This document shows positions 8,356 to 17,543 of a DNA stretch of 64,000 nucleotides, one piece after another (position 1 is the stretch's first letter; the number at the start of each line of letters is the position of its first letter). The DNA is from Acidimicrobiia bacterium (GTDB lineage Bacteria; Actinomycetota; Acidimicrobiia; IMCC26256; JAMXLJ01): positions 196,352-260,351 of the forward strand of contig DATBEZ010000003.1 of the NCBI GenBank assembly GCA_036558745.1. Reading direction: 5' to 3'. The notes below the pieces were generated by a model. It made no database searches and was not told the DNA's origin. It saw only the letters and a program-made list of their open reading frames with translations. Position numbers and translations under genes: made by a program.

Positions 8356-8898
8356 TCAGACGGGCTCGAGCGGGCGGTGGGGCTCGGGCGGCAGCTCGGC
8401 GACGACGGGATCGCCCGGTCGGACGTCACCGCCGTGCACGACGATCGCCATCACGCCCGCCTTGCGCACGACGTTGCCCTCGGCGTCGCGGTCGAGCACC
8501 GCGTCCATGAGCCCGGGCGCGACACCGTTGAGCTGCAGGCACGGGTTGCGCAGCCCGGTGAGCTCGACGACCGCGTCGGGACCGAGGCGCAGACGGGTCC
8601 CCACCGGCAGCTCCAGGAGCGGCAGGCCGCGGGTGGTCACGTTCTCACCCATCGCGCCGGCCGCGACCGTGAGGCCGTCGCGACGCAGCTCGTCGTGGAG
8701 CTCCGCGTGCACGAGGTGGACCTGGCGCAGGTTGGGCTGGGTCGGGTCGCGCCGCACCCGTGACCGGTGCTGCACCATCGCGCCGGCGTGCGCGTCACCC
8801 TCCACGCCGAGGCCCGCGACGAGCCTGATCATCTCGCGCGGCGGCTTGGTCATCGTGTGATCCGGGCTCGCGGCCACCGCTTCGATCGTCCCGCGCAC
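8356..8898 (-). CDS. MOSC domain-containing protein
   Basis: ORF 8356..8898. GLGVEGDAHAG...GAMGENVTTRGLPL...GTRLRLGPDAVVELTGLRNPC are MOSC beta-barrel motifs. Confidence 0.8.
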   Translation of the reverse strand: MRGTIEAVAASPDHTMTKPPREMIRLVAGLGVEGDAHAGAMVQHRSRVRRDPTQPNLRQVHLVHAELHDELRRDGLTVAAGAMGENVTTRGLPLLELPVGTRLRLGPDAVVELTGLRNPCLQLNGVAPGLMDAVLDRDAEGNVVRKAGVMAIVVHGGDVRPGDPVVAELPPEPHRPLEPV

Positions 8899-8962
8899 GG
8901 GTCCGGTCTATCTTGCTGGACGCCGCGGGCGCACGAGGTTTTCGCGTCGACATGGAGGACGC

Positions 8963-9439
8963 ATGGAGAGCCAGAAGGTCGAGCAGGTGTGGGAGACGCC
9001 CTCGCTCGAGGAGATCCCGGTGATCAGCAAGATGCACGTCGAGGCGATGGAGTCGTCCGACGACGACATGGTCTGGGTGCAGGCCGGGATGCACCACGTC
9101 GTCGTGCGCACGATCGGCCGCAAGTCGGGCAAGGAGCACAAGGTCGCGCTGCCCACGTGGCGCGATCCCCACGGCAACCGCATCGTGGTCGCGTCGTACG
9201 CCGGCGCGCCGCAGGATCCGTCGTGGTTCCTCAACCTGCGCGACCGCGACGCGAACCCCGAGGTGCTGTGTCGCGTGCAGGGCGGCGCATTCTGGTCGCG
9301 TCCGGAGATCCTCGAGGGTGACGACTACGACCGCACGTGGACCGGTCTCGTCGCCGACCGCGCGTGGTACACCGACTACCAAGCCAAGACCGAACGGCGG
9401 ATCCCGCTCGTCCGTCTCCCCGAGACGCGCCCGGCCTGA
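8963..9439 (+). CDS. nitroreductase-family deazaflavin (F420H2)-dependent oxidoreductase (DDN-like)
   Basis: ORF 8963..9439. RKSGKEHKVALPTWRDPHGNRIVVASYAGAPQDPSWFLNLRDRDANPEV...RIPLVRL matches the DDN/FDOR-A pattern. RBS GGAGGA upstream. Confidence 0.85.
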   Translation: MESQKVEQVWETPSLEEIPVISKMHVEAMESSDDDMVWVQAGMHHVVVRTIGRKSGKEHKVALPTWRDPHGNRIVVASYAGAPQDPSWFLNLRDRDANPEVLCRVQGGAFWSRPEILEGDDYDRTWTGLVADRAWYTDYQAKTERRIPLVRLPETRPA

Positions 9440-9468
9440 CGTTCCCCGATTCCGGTTCGGGGCGTCAG
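9436..9468. terminator. stem-loop spanning both stop codons of convergent DDN-like and TauD genes
   Basis: CTGACGttCCCCGA-ttccggt-TCGGGGCGTCAG (12 bp with a 2-nt bulge). Confidence 0.45.
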
Positions 9469-10448
9469 CTGAACGTCGCGCCGGCGAGCGCGAACGACTC
9501 CGAGCCGTCGGGCCCGACGGGCACGTCGCCCGCGAGGGTGATGCGCTGCATGGAGCGGCGCGCGCCGGACGGCACGTCCGTCGGGACGAGATGCGCGGTG
9601 GCGCGGTTGTCCCAGAACGCGATGCTGTCGGGCTGCCACCGGAAGCGGACCGTGAACTCCGGGTTGCTGAGGTGCTCGTAGAGCATGGCCAGGAGATGCC
9701 GTCCTTCCTGGCGCGAGAGCTCGACGATGTGACTGGTGAAGTTGGGGTTCACGAACAGGGCGCGCTCACCCGTCTCGGGATGGACACGCACGACGGGGTG
9801 TTGCGCGCGCAGGTCCTGCGCCTGGAACTGCTGCTGCAACTCCGGCGAGAGCTCACCACGAGACAACGGGAGCACGTTGTGGTGCACCGCGTGCAGCTCG
9901 TCGACGAGCGCGCGCACCGGCGCGGACAGGCGCTCGTACGCGACGACGAGGTTGGTCCACTGGGTGTCGCCGCCGTACTCGGGCACGATCACGCCCCGCA
10001 GGATCGAACCCATCGGCGGGTTGGGCACGAACGTCACGTCGGTGTGCCAACGGCTCTCGATCGACGGGCCGCCGCGGGCCCCTCCCGATGCCGCGTCGTC
10101 GCGGCCCTTGCGCTCCGCGCGCGCGAAGCGTTCGTTGTCGAGCAGCAGGATCTCGGGATGATCGGGGAACGCGGCCGGCAGCGTCGGGTGCGCCGGCGTC
10201 ACCTCGCCGAACGCGCGACCGAACGCGACGTGCTGGTCCTGGGTGACGTGCTGGTCGCGGAAGAAGACGACCTTCCAGCGCAGCAACGTGGCTCGGATCG
10301 CCTCGACCACCTCCGGCGCCAGCGGACGGGTCAGGTCGACGCCGTGGATCTCGGCGCCGATATGACCCGCCTGGGGCCGGACCTCCAGCCCCAGGGCGGC
10401 CGCCTCTGCCGGGTCGATTCCGTTGGCACCCCGCGTGCCCGTCGTCAT
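9465..10448 (-). CDS. TauD/TfdA-family Fe(II)/2-oxoglutarate dioxygenase
   Basis: In frame of ORF 9465..10502. ATG 10448 is preceded by GAGGAG. GAEIHGVDLTRPL...WHTDVTFVPNPPMGSILRGV...GGDTQWTN...AVHH. Confidence 0.85.
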   Translation of the reverse strand: MTTGTRGANGIDPAEAAALGLEVRPQAGHIGAEIHGVDLTRPLAPEVVEAIRATLLRWKVVFFRDQHVTQDQHVAFGRAFGEVTPAHPTLPAAFPDHPEILLLDNERFARAERKGRDDAASGGARGGPSIESRWHTDVTFVPNPPMGSILRGVIVPEYGGDTQWTNLVVAYERLSAPVRALVDELHAVHHNVLPLSRGELSPELQQQFQAQDLRAQHPVVRVHPETGERALFVNPNFTSHIVELSRQEGRHLLAMLYEHLSNPEFTVRFRWQPDSIAFWDNRATAHLVPTDVPSGARRSMQRITLAGDVPVGPDGSESFALAGATFS

Positions 10449-10740
10449 CCCGTCGCTCCTCACGCGCGTGACGGCGCGACGCGCCGCCCGATGGAGGCGC
10501 ATTCGAGCACGCGCCGGGCTCTCATGTCATCGAAAACGGCTGCCTTGTGCGCCGATGGTGGCGGTTCGCACCACCTGTTCCGGGCCCAAGGAATTTCCGA
10601 GGCACAATCGCTCCAAAATGCGTGCTTAACTGGCGCCGCGGTTGGTGCCGCGTGGTTCTGAGCCGGTCGGCCAGGCGGGGTCGGCGGTCCGGTCCCGCGG
10701 CACGCGACCGGGGGCCTGCACGTCGAGCCGCGAGGCGAGG

Positions 10741-11865
10741 ATGATCCGCGTTGCTACCGGAAACCACGATGCGCGTGGGTATCTCTCGTCGCGCACTCCC
10801 GACGAGGCGGCGCGCGAGTGGTTCGAGCTCACGGCCGCCATGTCACCCTTCGTCGTCGCGGTCGTCGACGCGGTCGACTTCCGGCTCGTGCACGCCAACG
10901 ACGCGTACGCGGCCGCGTTCGGCGAGGAGCTCGAGCAGCTGATCGGGCGATCCGTCGTCGACAACGCCCCCGCCGACGAGCTCCCCGAGATCCGCACCCG
11001 GATGCTCGCGGTGCTCCAGGGCAAGACCCCGCAGTTCGTGTTCACCCGGAAGTTCCGCCGGCGCGACGGCTCGACGTTCACGGCCGAGTGCGGTGTCGGC
11101 GGTCTGCGCGACGAGAGCGGTCGCGTGCGCTATCTCCTGGTGCAGGCGCGACCACTCGAGGATGTGCCCAAGATCGACCCCGACGGGACGAGCCGCACGC
11201 TCACCTTCCTCAAGCCGCTGCTGCGCCGCAGCGCCGACCTCGTGGTCGTGCTCGACGTCGCCGGCCGCACGGTGTGGGCCGGCAACTCGCTGCGCGACTG
11301 GCTCGGCGACGAGGCGGTCGCGCACGGATGCGACATCTTCGACGCCGTGGAGCGCGAGGACGCGACGCGGCTCGCCGCGTTCGTCGCCGCGGCGACCGCG
11401 AGCACCGACGTCACCGGGCCCTGCCGGGTGCGCATGGGCACGCCTACATCGACGCAGGACGTCGAGGTCTTCGCGTGCGGCCTGCCCGCCGACTCCACGC
11501 TCGTCTTCGCGCTCGTGCGCCGCTGCCTGTCGGCGGAGGAGCACGCGGCCACGCGGCACGAACGCGACCTCGAACGCTCGTTGCGCGAGATCATGCGCAG
11601 CGCGGCCGAGGTCCTCGGTGAGGCGGGCGAGGGCTTCTACGGGACGTTGCCGCCCGAGGTGGACTCGCTGACGACGCGTGAGCGCGAGATTCTCCTCCTG
11701 CTGCTGCGTGGGCACCGCGTGTCGACGATCGCGTCGCGCCTCTACCTCGCGCCCGGAACCATCCGGAACCACCTGTCGCGCATCTTCCAGAAGCTCGGGG
11801 TGCGCTCGCAGTCGGAGCTCCTCGACCGCCTGCACTCGTCGGCCGACGAGCTCGCGCCGCAGTAG
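10741..11865 (+). CDS. PAS-domain LuxR-family transcriptional regulator
   Basis: In frame of ORF 10642..11865. ATG 10741 follows GAGGCGAGG. PAS-like N-terminal halves are followed by a C-terminal LuxR HTH: TTREREILLLLLRGHRVSTIASRLYLAPGTIRNHLSRIFQKLGV. Confidence 0.8.
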   Translation: MIRVATGNHDARGYLSSRTPDEAAREWFELTAAMSPFVVAVVDAVDFRLVHANDAYAAAFGEELEQLIGRSVVDNAPADELPEIRTRMLAVLQGKTPQFVFTRKFRRRDGSTFTAECGVGGLRDESGRVRYLLVQARPLEDVPKIDPDGTSRTLTFLKPLLRRSADLVVVLDVAGRTVWAGNSLRDWLGDEAVAHGCDIFDAVEREDATRLAAFVAAATASTDVTGPCRVRMGTPTSTQDVEVFACGLPADSTLVFALVRRCLSAEEHAATRHERDLERSLREIMRSAAEVLGEAGEGFYGTLPPEVDSLTTREREILLLLLRGHRVSTIASRLYLAPGTIRNHLSRIFQKLGVRSQSELLDRLHSSADELAPQ

Positions 11866-11892
11866 TTCCGTCGCGTCCAAAGCGTCGCGCGC

Positions 11893-12798
11893 TCAGGCGG
11901 CCGCATCGAAGCGCACGCCGCCGGCCTCGGTCGTCCACGTGGACCCGTCGGCGCGCACCGTCAATGCAGCCGCGCCCAAGGACGCGACGAGATCGAGCCC
12001 GGCCTTCGCGCCGGCGACGAACGCGGCTTTGGCGAGCACCTCCGCCTGCCAGGCCTCGGCCGCGACCACGGTGACCGCGGGAGCGTCGGTCGCCGACGGC
12101 GCGCCCGTCCGCGGGTCGATGAGGTGGTGACGCGCGACGCCGTCATTCTTCCAACGCCGGCGGACGCGACTGCTCGTCGCGACACCGCCGTCGCGCAGAC
12201 CCACACGCGCGATCGGCGCGGGATCGAGCGGTCCCTCGACGTCGATGCACCACCCGAGCCCGGTCGGGCTCTCCCCCGCCACGCGCAGGTCGCCCCCGAC
12301 GTTCACCAGCGCGCCTGCGGCACCGGCGTCGAGCAGCTCTTCGGTGAGGAGATCCGCCGCGAGCCCCTTGCCCACGCCGCCGGGGTCGAAGCCGACCCCG
12401 CGCGGGAACCAGACCAATCCGTGCGGATCGACGGTCACATCCGCGGCGCCGCGCCGCATCGTCGAAGCCCCGGGGCCGGCGTCCTGCTCGAGCAACTCGA
12501 ACGAGCGGTCGTAGCCGGCCCGGATCACGTCGCCGAGGACCGTGGGGTCGAAGAGGCCGCCCGTCAGGCGCCACCCGTCGAGCGCGCGCTCGACGAGCAC
12601 GCGGGTGTCGCGGGACACGACGACAGGGTCACCCGCGTGCGCGTTCATGCGACTGACCTCGCTGCCGGGCAGGAAGCGGCTCCATCGGTGCTCGAGCTCG
12701 CCGACGCGCCGCCGGGCCCCGAGGAGCAGCTCCGGCTCGCCGACGACGACCACATGGACGTCGCTGCCCATCGCGCGCCAGGTCGCCTCAGCTGCCAT
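11893..12798 (-). CDS. apbE: FAD:protein FMN transferase (ApbE family)
   Basis: ORF 11893..12798. AMGSDVHVVV...RWSRFLPGSEVSRMN...GLFDPTVLGDVIRAGYDRSF...GVGKGLAAD matches ApbE. Confidence 0.85.
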   Translation of the reverse strand: MAAEATWRAMGSDVHVVVVGEPELLLGARRRVGELEHRWSRFLPGSEVSRMNAHAGDPVVVSRDTRVLVERALDGWRLTGGLFDPTVLGDVIRAGYDRSFELLEQDAGPGASTMRRGAADVTVDPHGLVWFPRGVGFDPGGVGKGLAADLLTEELLDAGAAGALVNVGGDLRVAGESPTGLGWCIDVEGPLDPAPIARVGLRDGGVATSSRVRRRWKNDGVARHHLIDPRTGAPSATDAPAVTVVAAEAWQAEVLAKAAFVAGAKAGLDLVASLGAAALTVRADGSTWTTEAGGVRFDAAA

Positions 12799-13117
12799 GG
12801 GTCGTGCTCTGTGACGAGGCGGAGGTCGCCGACTGCGACCCGGACGCGGAGACGGATCCGCTCGAGCTCGACGTGGTGGAGCTCGAGCTCGAGCTGCTCG
12901 CGGTCGTCGAGCTGGTCGAGCTGCCGGAGGTGCTCCCGTTGGTCGAGGTCGTCCCCGTCGCGTTGGTGGTCGCGCCGTTCTTGTGCGTCGCCGCGAGGCA
13001 ACCGCCGAGGCCGACGAAGCCGGTCACGCTCAACGCGGTGACGATGCGACGGGCCCGCCACGCCGGTGACCGGCGTGGGGTGCCCGTCCGTGTCGTGCGT
13101 GCTCGCGATGTGTCCAT
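12788..13117 (-). CDS. Ser/Thr-rich putative lipoprotein, overlaps the apbE start by 11 nt
   Basis: ORF 12788..13117. Basic N-terminus then hydrophobic stretch then lipobox (RRIVTALSVTGFVGLGGC), followed by about 70 aa of S/T/G low complexity. GC3 is high. Start/stop coupled to apbE. Confidence 0.5.
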   Translation of the reverse strand: MDTSRARTTRTGTPRRSPAWRARRIVTALSVTGFVGLGGCLAATHKNGATTNATGTTSTNGSTSGSSTSSTTASSSSSSSTTSSSSGSVSASGSQSATSASSQSTTHGS

Positions 13118-13207
13118 GCCGAGCAGCGTGAGCGAGACGCCTGTGGATCGGCTGTGGAGAGGCTGGACGACCTCGTAGAGCTCGCGAGCGCGATCAGCGA
13201 CCCGCGG

Positions 13208-14716
13208 TCACAGCCAGTCGGTGAGCGTCTTCGTGTCGAGCGTGCGCCAGACCTCGGGCCAGCGGCGGCGCAGGTCGTCCTGACGCGCGCGCATGACACC
13301 GGCGAGCTCGCCGGCCACGAACGCGAGCTGGGGACGGTCGGTGTCGCGGGCGGCGTCGGCGAGCCACGCGCGTGCGACGACGAGATCCTGATGCTCGCCG
13401 AGCACGTCCTGCAGCGCCGCGAGTCGCGACGCCATCCGGCGCGCGTGTGCACCGCTCACCGGCGCCACCGCCTCGGTCGCGTACCGGGCGCGCTTCGCCT
13501 TGATGCGGAGCTGGTGCAGCTCGGTGTCCGGCGCCTTCCGGTCCATCCGGCGTGCCTTCTTGCGGACGCGCTTCCACGGCGTGCGTACGAGCTCCGGCAA
13601 CGCGGCGGCCCCGCGTCGGTGCGCACGCGAGCGGCGCAGGCGTGGCGAGCGGGCCGCGTCGACGAGTCGGTTCAGCAGCCGCACGTAGCGGTCGGAGCGC
13701 ATGTCGGTGAGCAACACCTCGCGCGCCTCCTCGCGCTGGGCCGCGAGCCGGGCGAGGATCTCCTCGACCTCGGGAGCGTGGTCGGGTGGCAGCGCGCGGG
13801 CCTGGGTCCGCAGCAGGTCGCCGAGCACGTCCGCGTCGCGGACGGCACCGAGCGCACCGCCGATCCACTTGAGCTCGTCGCGCAGGGCGCCGGCCCATTC
13901 GTGGTCGAGGAGCGGGTCGAACGTCCGCAGGTCGGAGCGCAGACGCCGGGTCGCGACACGCGCCTGGTGCACGCCCTCCGGATCCGTGCCGATGCGTACG
14001 AGCGCGTCGTGCGCGAGCAGGCGTGCGACCGACGACGCGATGGCGGCGCGGACGACGCGACCGGACCGGGACCGCGGCCCGACGCGCGGCACGACGACGT
14101 CGGGCGGCGCGAGCGCGCGCCGCCCGATCGCCTTGGCGATCTTCGGGACCGGGCGAGCGCGTCCGGCACCGGCGTGCTGGAGGAACCGGACCAACCGCTT
14201 CGCGTCGCGGCGGCGGGCGTCCTCGGCCAGCTCGACCTCGAGCTCACGCCACTGCTTCGTCACCCGTTCGCGCTTGAGCACCGTCACGTGGTCGTCCACG
14301 ACCTCGGCCGCGTGATGACCGCTGTGATCCGCCAGCTCGTAGCGGTGACGCCGCGTCGCGATGCGGGCCACCACGTCGACGGGCACGGCGCGCGTGAACG
14401 CGATCACGAGATCGAGCACGTTCCGCGGCGGCGTGCCGGGCTCGCCGGCGAACGTGTGCTCGTGCCGGGTCAGCATCGCGTCGCTCTCGCCCTCCGGGAG
14501 CTTCACCGTCCACCCCTCGGGCTCGCGGTAGCGGAGACTCGCGCCCCAGCGGATCAGGCGCAGGTCACGGGTGTCGTAGTAGTCGGCGCGCAGGTCGATG
14601 ACCTCGGTCTTGACGACCTGCAGCCGGCGCACGGCGCGCCCCAGCTTCGGCATCCGGAATTTCCGCCGCACGTCGAGCTTCACTTCGCGCTCGCGCATCT
14701 CCCTACTGTGCCTCAC
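13208..14716 (-). CDS. CYTH + CHAD domain protein (triphosphate-tunnel / polyphosphate-granule-associated type)
   Basis: ORF 13208..14716. The N-terminus EREVKLDV...DTRDLRL...ASLRYRE is CYTH. The C-terminal half has CHAD helices (GVHQARVATRRLRSDLRTF..., LHQLRIKAKRARYATEAV). ATG 14698 is an alternative start. Confidence 0.85.
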   Translation of the reverse strand: MRHSREMREREVKLDVRRKFRMPKLGRAVRRLQVVKTEVIDLRADYYDTRDLRLIRWGASLRYREPEGWTVKLPEGESDAMLTRHEHTFAGEPGTPPRNVLDLVIAFTRAVPVDVVARIATRRHRYELADHSGHHAAEVVDDHVTVLKRERVTKQWRELEVELAEDARRRDAKRLVRFLQHAGAGRARPVPKIAKAIGRRALAPPDVVVPRVGPRSRSGRVVRAAIASSVARLLAHDALVRIGTDPEGVHQARVATRRLRSDLRTFDPLLDHEWAGALRDELKWIGGALGAVRDADVLGDLLRTQARALPPDHAPEVEEILARLAAQREEAREVLLTDMRSDRYVRLLNRLVDAARSPRLRRSRAHRRGAAALPELVRTPWKRVRKKARRMDRKAPDTELHQLRIKAKRARYATEAVAPVSGAHARRMASRLAALQDVLGEHQDLVVARAWLADAARDTDRPQLAFVAGELAGVMRARQDDLRRRWPEVWRTLDTKTLTDWL

Positions 14717-14817
14717 CGGGCGGCTCGGGAACTACTGCGGGTCTCCACCGCGCTTCGGCGTGACGCTCCCGTTACGGTTCCGGACCGCGACCTGTGCGCG
14801 TCGCCGTCGGAGGCTCT

Positions 14818-15864
14818 GTGACACTCGTGGCCCACCGTGACCCAACCGTGCTGCGCGACGGCCTGACCCGCTGGTTCGCGGCGCGCTGGGACCCCGTCGG
14901 AGCACGGATCGACGCGCTGGAGCACGCCGCCGTCGGCTACTCCAGCGAGACGATCCTCGTCGACGTCGTCTGGGACGGGCCCGACGGGCGGCGTTGCGAG
15001 TCCGTCGTCGTGCGCATGGCACCGGCGACGGTGGGGACGTTCGCCGACTACGACCTCACCGTCCAGGCCCGGGCCCACGAGCTCGCGGCGCGCGCCGGCG
15101 TGCCCGTCGCCACGCCGTTCGTCGTCGAGACCGACCCGACCTGGTTGGGCGATCCGTTCGCGGTGATGCCACGCGTCGAGGGGCACATCGCAGGGGAGTC
15201 GGCCGCGCACGACCGCTGGATCACGAGCCTCGAACCCGCGCGGCAACGCCGGCTCCACACCAATTTCGTCGACGCGCTGGCCCGGATCCACGACGCCGAC
15301 TGGTCCCACGGCGACGCCGATGGGCTCGTTCCCCGTCGCGACGTCGCGGCCGAGCTCGAGCGCTGGGCGCGTTACCTGGACTGGTCGTCGGATGGTGAGC
15401 CGCTGCCCGCGCTCGTCGACGCCTTGGCCTGGTGCCGGACGCACGCGCCCGACGACGAAGGCGCCGACGCTCGCGCCGCGTTGTTGTGGGGCGACGTGCG
15501 CCTGGGAAACGTCGTCTTCGGCGACGACCTCTCCGTGCGCGCCGTGCTCGACTGGGACATGACCTCAATCGGTCGGCCCGAGCACGACGTCGCGTGGCTG
15601 ACGACGCTCGAGTCGACGATGGCCGAGCTGACCGGTCGGCGCGTACCGGGCTTCCTCGATCGCTCCGGGGTGATCGAGCACTACGAGCGGGTGGCGGGCC
15701 GTACGTTGCACGACCTCGACTGGTACGAGGCGTTCGCGCTGGTGCGCAGCACCGCGATCATGGTGCGCATCGGGCTGCTGCGTCGCGAGGCCGGTGATCC
15801 CAGCCGCTCCCTCGTCGAGGAGAACCCGATCCTGCCGTTGCTGCTCCGACGGATACACGCATGA
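14818..15864 (+). CDS. phosphotransferase-family protein (APH/ChoK-like kinase fold)
   Basis: In frame of ORF 14794..15864. GTG 14818 is 4 nt after GGAGG. LLWGDVRLGNVVFGDDLSVRAVLDWDMTSIGRPEHDVAW is the catalytic loop/DxD region. Confidence 0.8.
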   Translation: MTLVAHRDPTVLRDGLTRWFAARWDPVGARIDALEHAAVGYSSETILVDVVWDGPDGRRCESVVVRMAPATVGTFADYDLTVQARAHELAARAGVPVATPFVVETDPTWLGDPFAVMPRVEGHIAGESAAHDRWITSLEPARQRRLHTNFVDALARIHDADWSHGDADGLVPRRDVAAELERWARYLDWSSDGEPLPALVDALAWCRTHAPDDEGADARAALLWGDVRLGNVVFGDDLSVRAVLDWDMTSIGRPEHDVAWLTTLESTMAELTGRRVPGFLDRSGVIEHYERVAGRTLHDLDWYEAFALVRSTAIMVRIGLLRREAGDPSRSLVEENPILPLLLRRIHA

Positions 15865-17531
15865 GCGCGTCACCCTCGCCGCATCCCGCGCCCGGAACAC
15901 TCGTCGACCTGCTCCGGATCCGAGCGGGCGACGACACGCCCGGGCTCGTCGCGGACGATCGGGTGTGGACGTGGCGTGAGCTCGTGCGCGCGTCGCAACG
16001 CCGGGCGCGCGAGCTCCAGGCGCTGCGGCGCGACGGACCGTTCCACGTCGGTGCGCTGCTCGAGAACACGCCCGACTACCTCGTCACGCTCTTCGGTGCC
16101 GCGCTCGCAGGTGCCGTGCTCGTCGGGATCAACTCGACCCGGCGCGGGGAGGAGCTCGCGCGCGACATCCGGCACACCGACTGCGCGATCGTCGTCACCG
16201 ACGTGAGCCAGCGTGCCCTCCTCGACGGTCTCGACCTCGCGGGTGCGCACGTCGTGGTCGCGCACGATCTCCGGTTGGACCCTTCCCCCGACACGACGCT
16301 GGTGGAGCGCGAAGCGCTGCCGGAGCCCGCGGCTTCGGACCTCCTGCTGCTGATCTTCACCTCGGGGTCGACCGGCGCACCCAAGGCGGTCCGGATGACG
16401 CACGGCCGCGCGACACGCGCCGCGCTGGGCTCGGTGTGGTTCACGAGCGACGACGTCCTCTACTGCGCCATGCCATTGTTCCACGGCAACGCGCTCAACG
16501 CGATCGTGCTGCCCGCACTCTCGACCGGCGCGACGATCGCGCTCCGCCACCGCTTCTCGGCGTCGCAGTTCGTGCCCGACCTCAGGCGCTACCACGCGAC
16601 GTTCTTCAGCACGGTGGGTCGCGCGCTCGCGTACATCCTGGCCACGCCGGCCCGCGACGACGATCGCGACCACCAGGTGAAGTACGCGCTCGCACCGGAG
16701 TCGTCGCCTGCCGACATGAAGGCGTTCACGAAGCGCTTCGGTATCCCGGTCGTCGCGGGCTACGGATCCAGCGAGAACGCGATCATCATGGTGCCGAAAC
16801 CCGGTATCCCGAAGGATGCGTTGGGCGTCCCGCAGGAGGGGCTCGACGCCGCGGTCGTCGACCCGGACACCGGTGAGGAACGACCGCGCGCGCGGTTCGG
16901 TCCCGATGGACGGCTGCTCAACGCGTCGGAAGCGATCGGCGAGATCGTCGGGCGCAACGTCGTGGACCGGTTCGAGGGCTATTACGCGAACCCCGACGCG
17001 GACGCAGCCCGGACGCGCAACGGCTGGTACTGGTCGGGCGATCTCGGCTACCGCGACGAACACGACGTGTTCTACTTCGCCGGCCGGAGCGGCGAGTGGC
17101 TGCGGGTCGACGGGGAGAACTTCGCAACCGCGCCGGTCGAGCGCATCCTCGGCCGCTTCCCCGGTGTGAGCGGCGTCGCGGTGTACCCGGTTCCCGACGA
17201 GCGCACCGCCGACGACCAGGTGATGGCGACGATCGAGATGCACGCGGGCGCGTCGTTCGACCCAGAGGCGTTCGACACGTTTCTCGCCGCGCAACCCGAT
17301 CTCGGGACGAAGTGGGCGCCACGCTATGTGCGGGTCGGCACGTTGCCGGTCGGCGCGACCAACAAGGTCGACAAGCGCCCGCTGCGCGCGCAACGTTGGT
17401 ACACGGACGACCCGATCTACTGGCGACCGGCACGCGAGGAGCCGTACCGGGCGTTCACGGTTGCGGATCGCGACGCGCTCGAGGCCCGCTTCTCCGAGTT
17501 CGGCCGCGCCGACGCGCTCACCCGCCCCTGA
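15861..17531 (+). CDS. AMP-dependent acyl-CoA synthetase/ligase (FadD-like)
   Basis: ORF 15861..17531. ATGA overlap with the upstream stop. AMP-binding motif LLLIFTSGSTGAPKAV, YGSSE, WYWSGDLGYRDE, KVDKRPLR. Confidence 0.9.
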   Translation: MSASPSPHPAPGTLVDLLRIRAGDDTPGLVADDRVWTWRELVRASQRRARELQALRRDGPFHVGALLENTPDYLVTLFGAALAGAVLVGINSTRRGEELARDIRHTDCAIVVTDVSQRALLDGLDLAGAHVVVAHDLRLDPSPDTTLVEREALPEPAASDLLLLIFTSGSTGAPKAVRMTHGRATRAALGSVWFTSDDVLYCAMPLFHGNALNAIVLPALSTGATIALRHRFSASQFVPDLRRYHATFFSTVGRALAYILATPARDDDRDHQVKYALAPESSPADMKAFTKRFGIPVVAGYGSSENAIIMVPKPGIPKDALGVPQEGLDAAVVDPDTGEERPRARFGPDGRLLNASEAIGEIVGRNVVDRFEGYYANPDADAARTRNGWYWSGDLGYRDEHDVFYFAGRSGEWLRVDGENFATAPVERILGRFPGVSGVAVYPVPDERTADDQVMATIEMHAGASFDPEAFDTFLAAQPDLGTKWAPRYVRVGTLPVGATNKVDKRPLRAQRWYTDDPIYWRPAREEPYRAFTVADRDALEARFSEFGRADALTRP

Positions 17532-17543
17532 CCCAGGTTCAGG

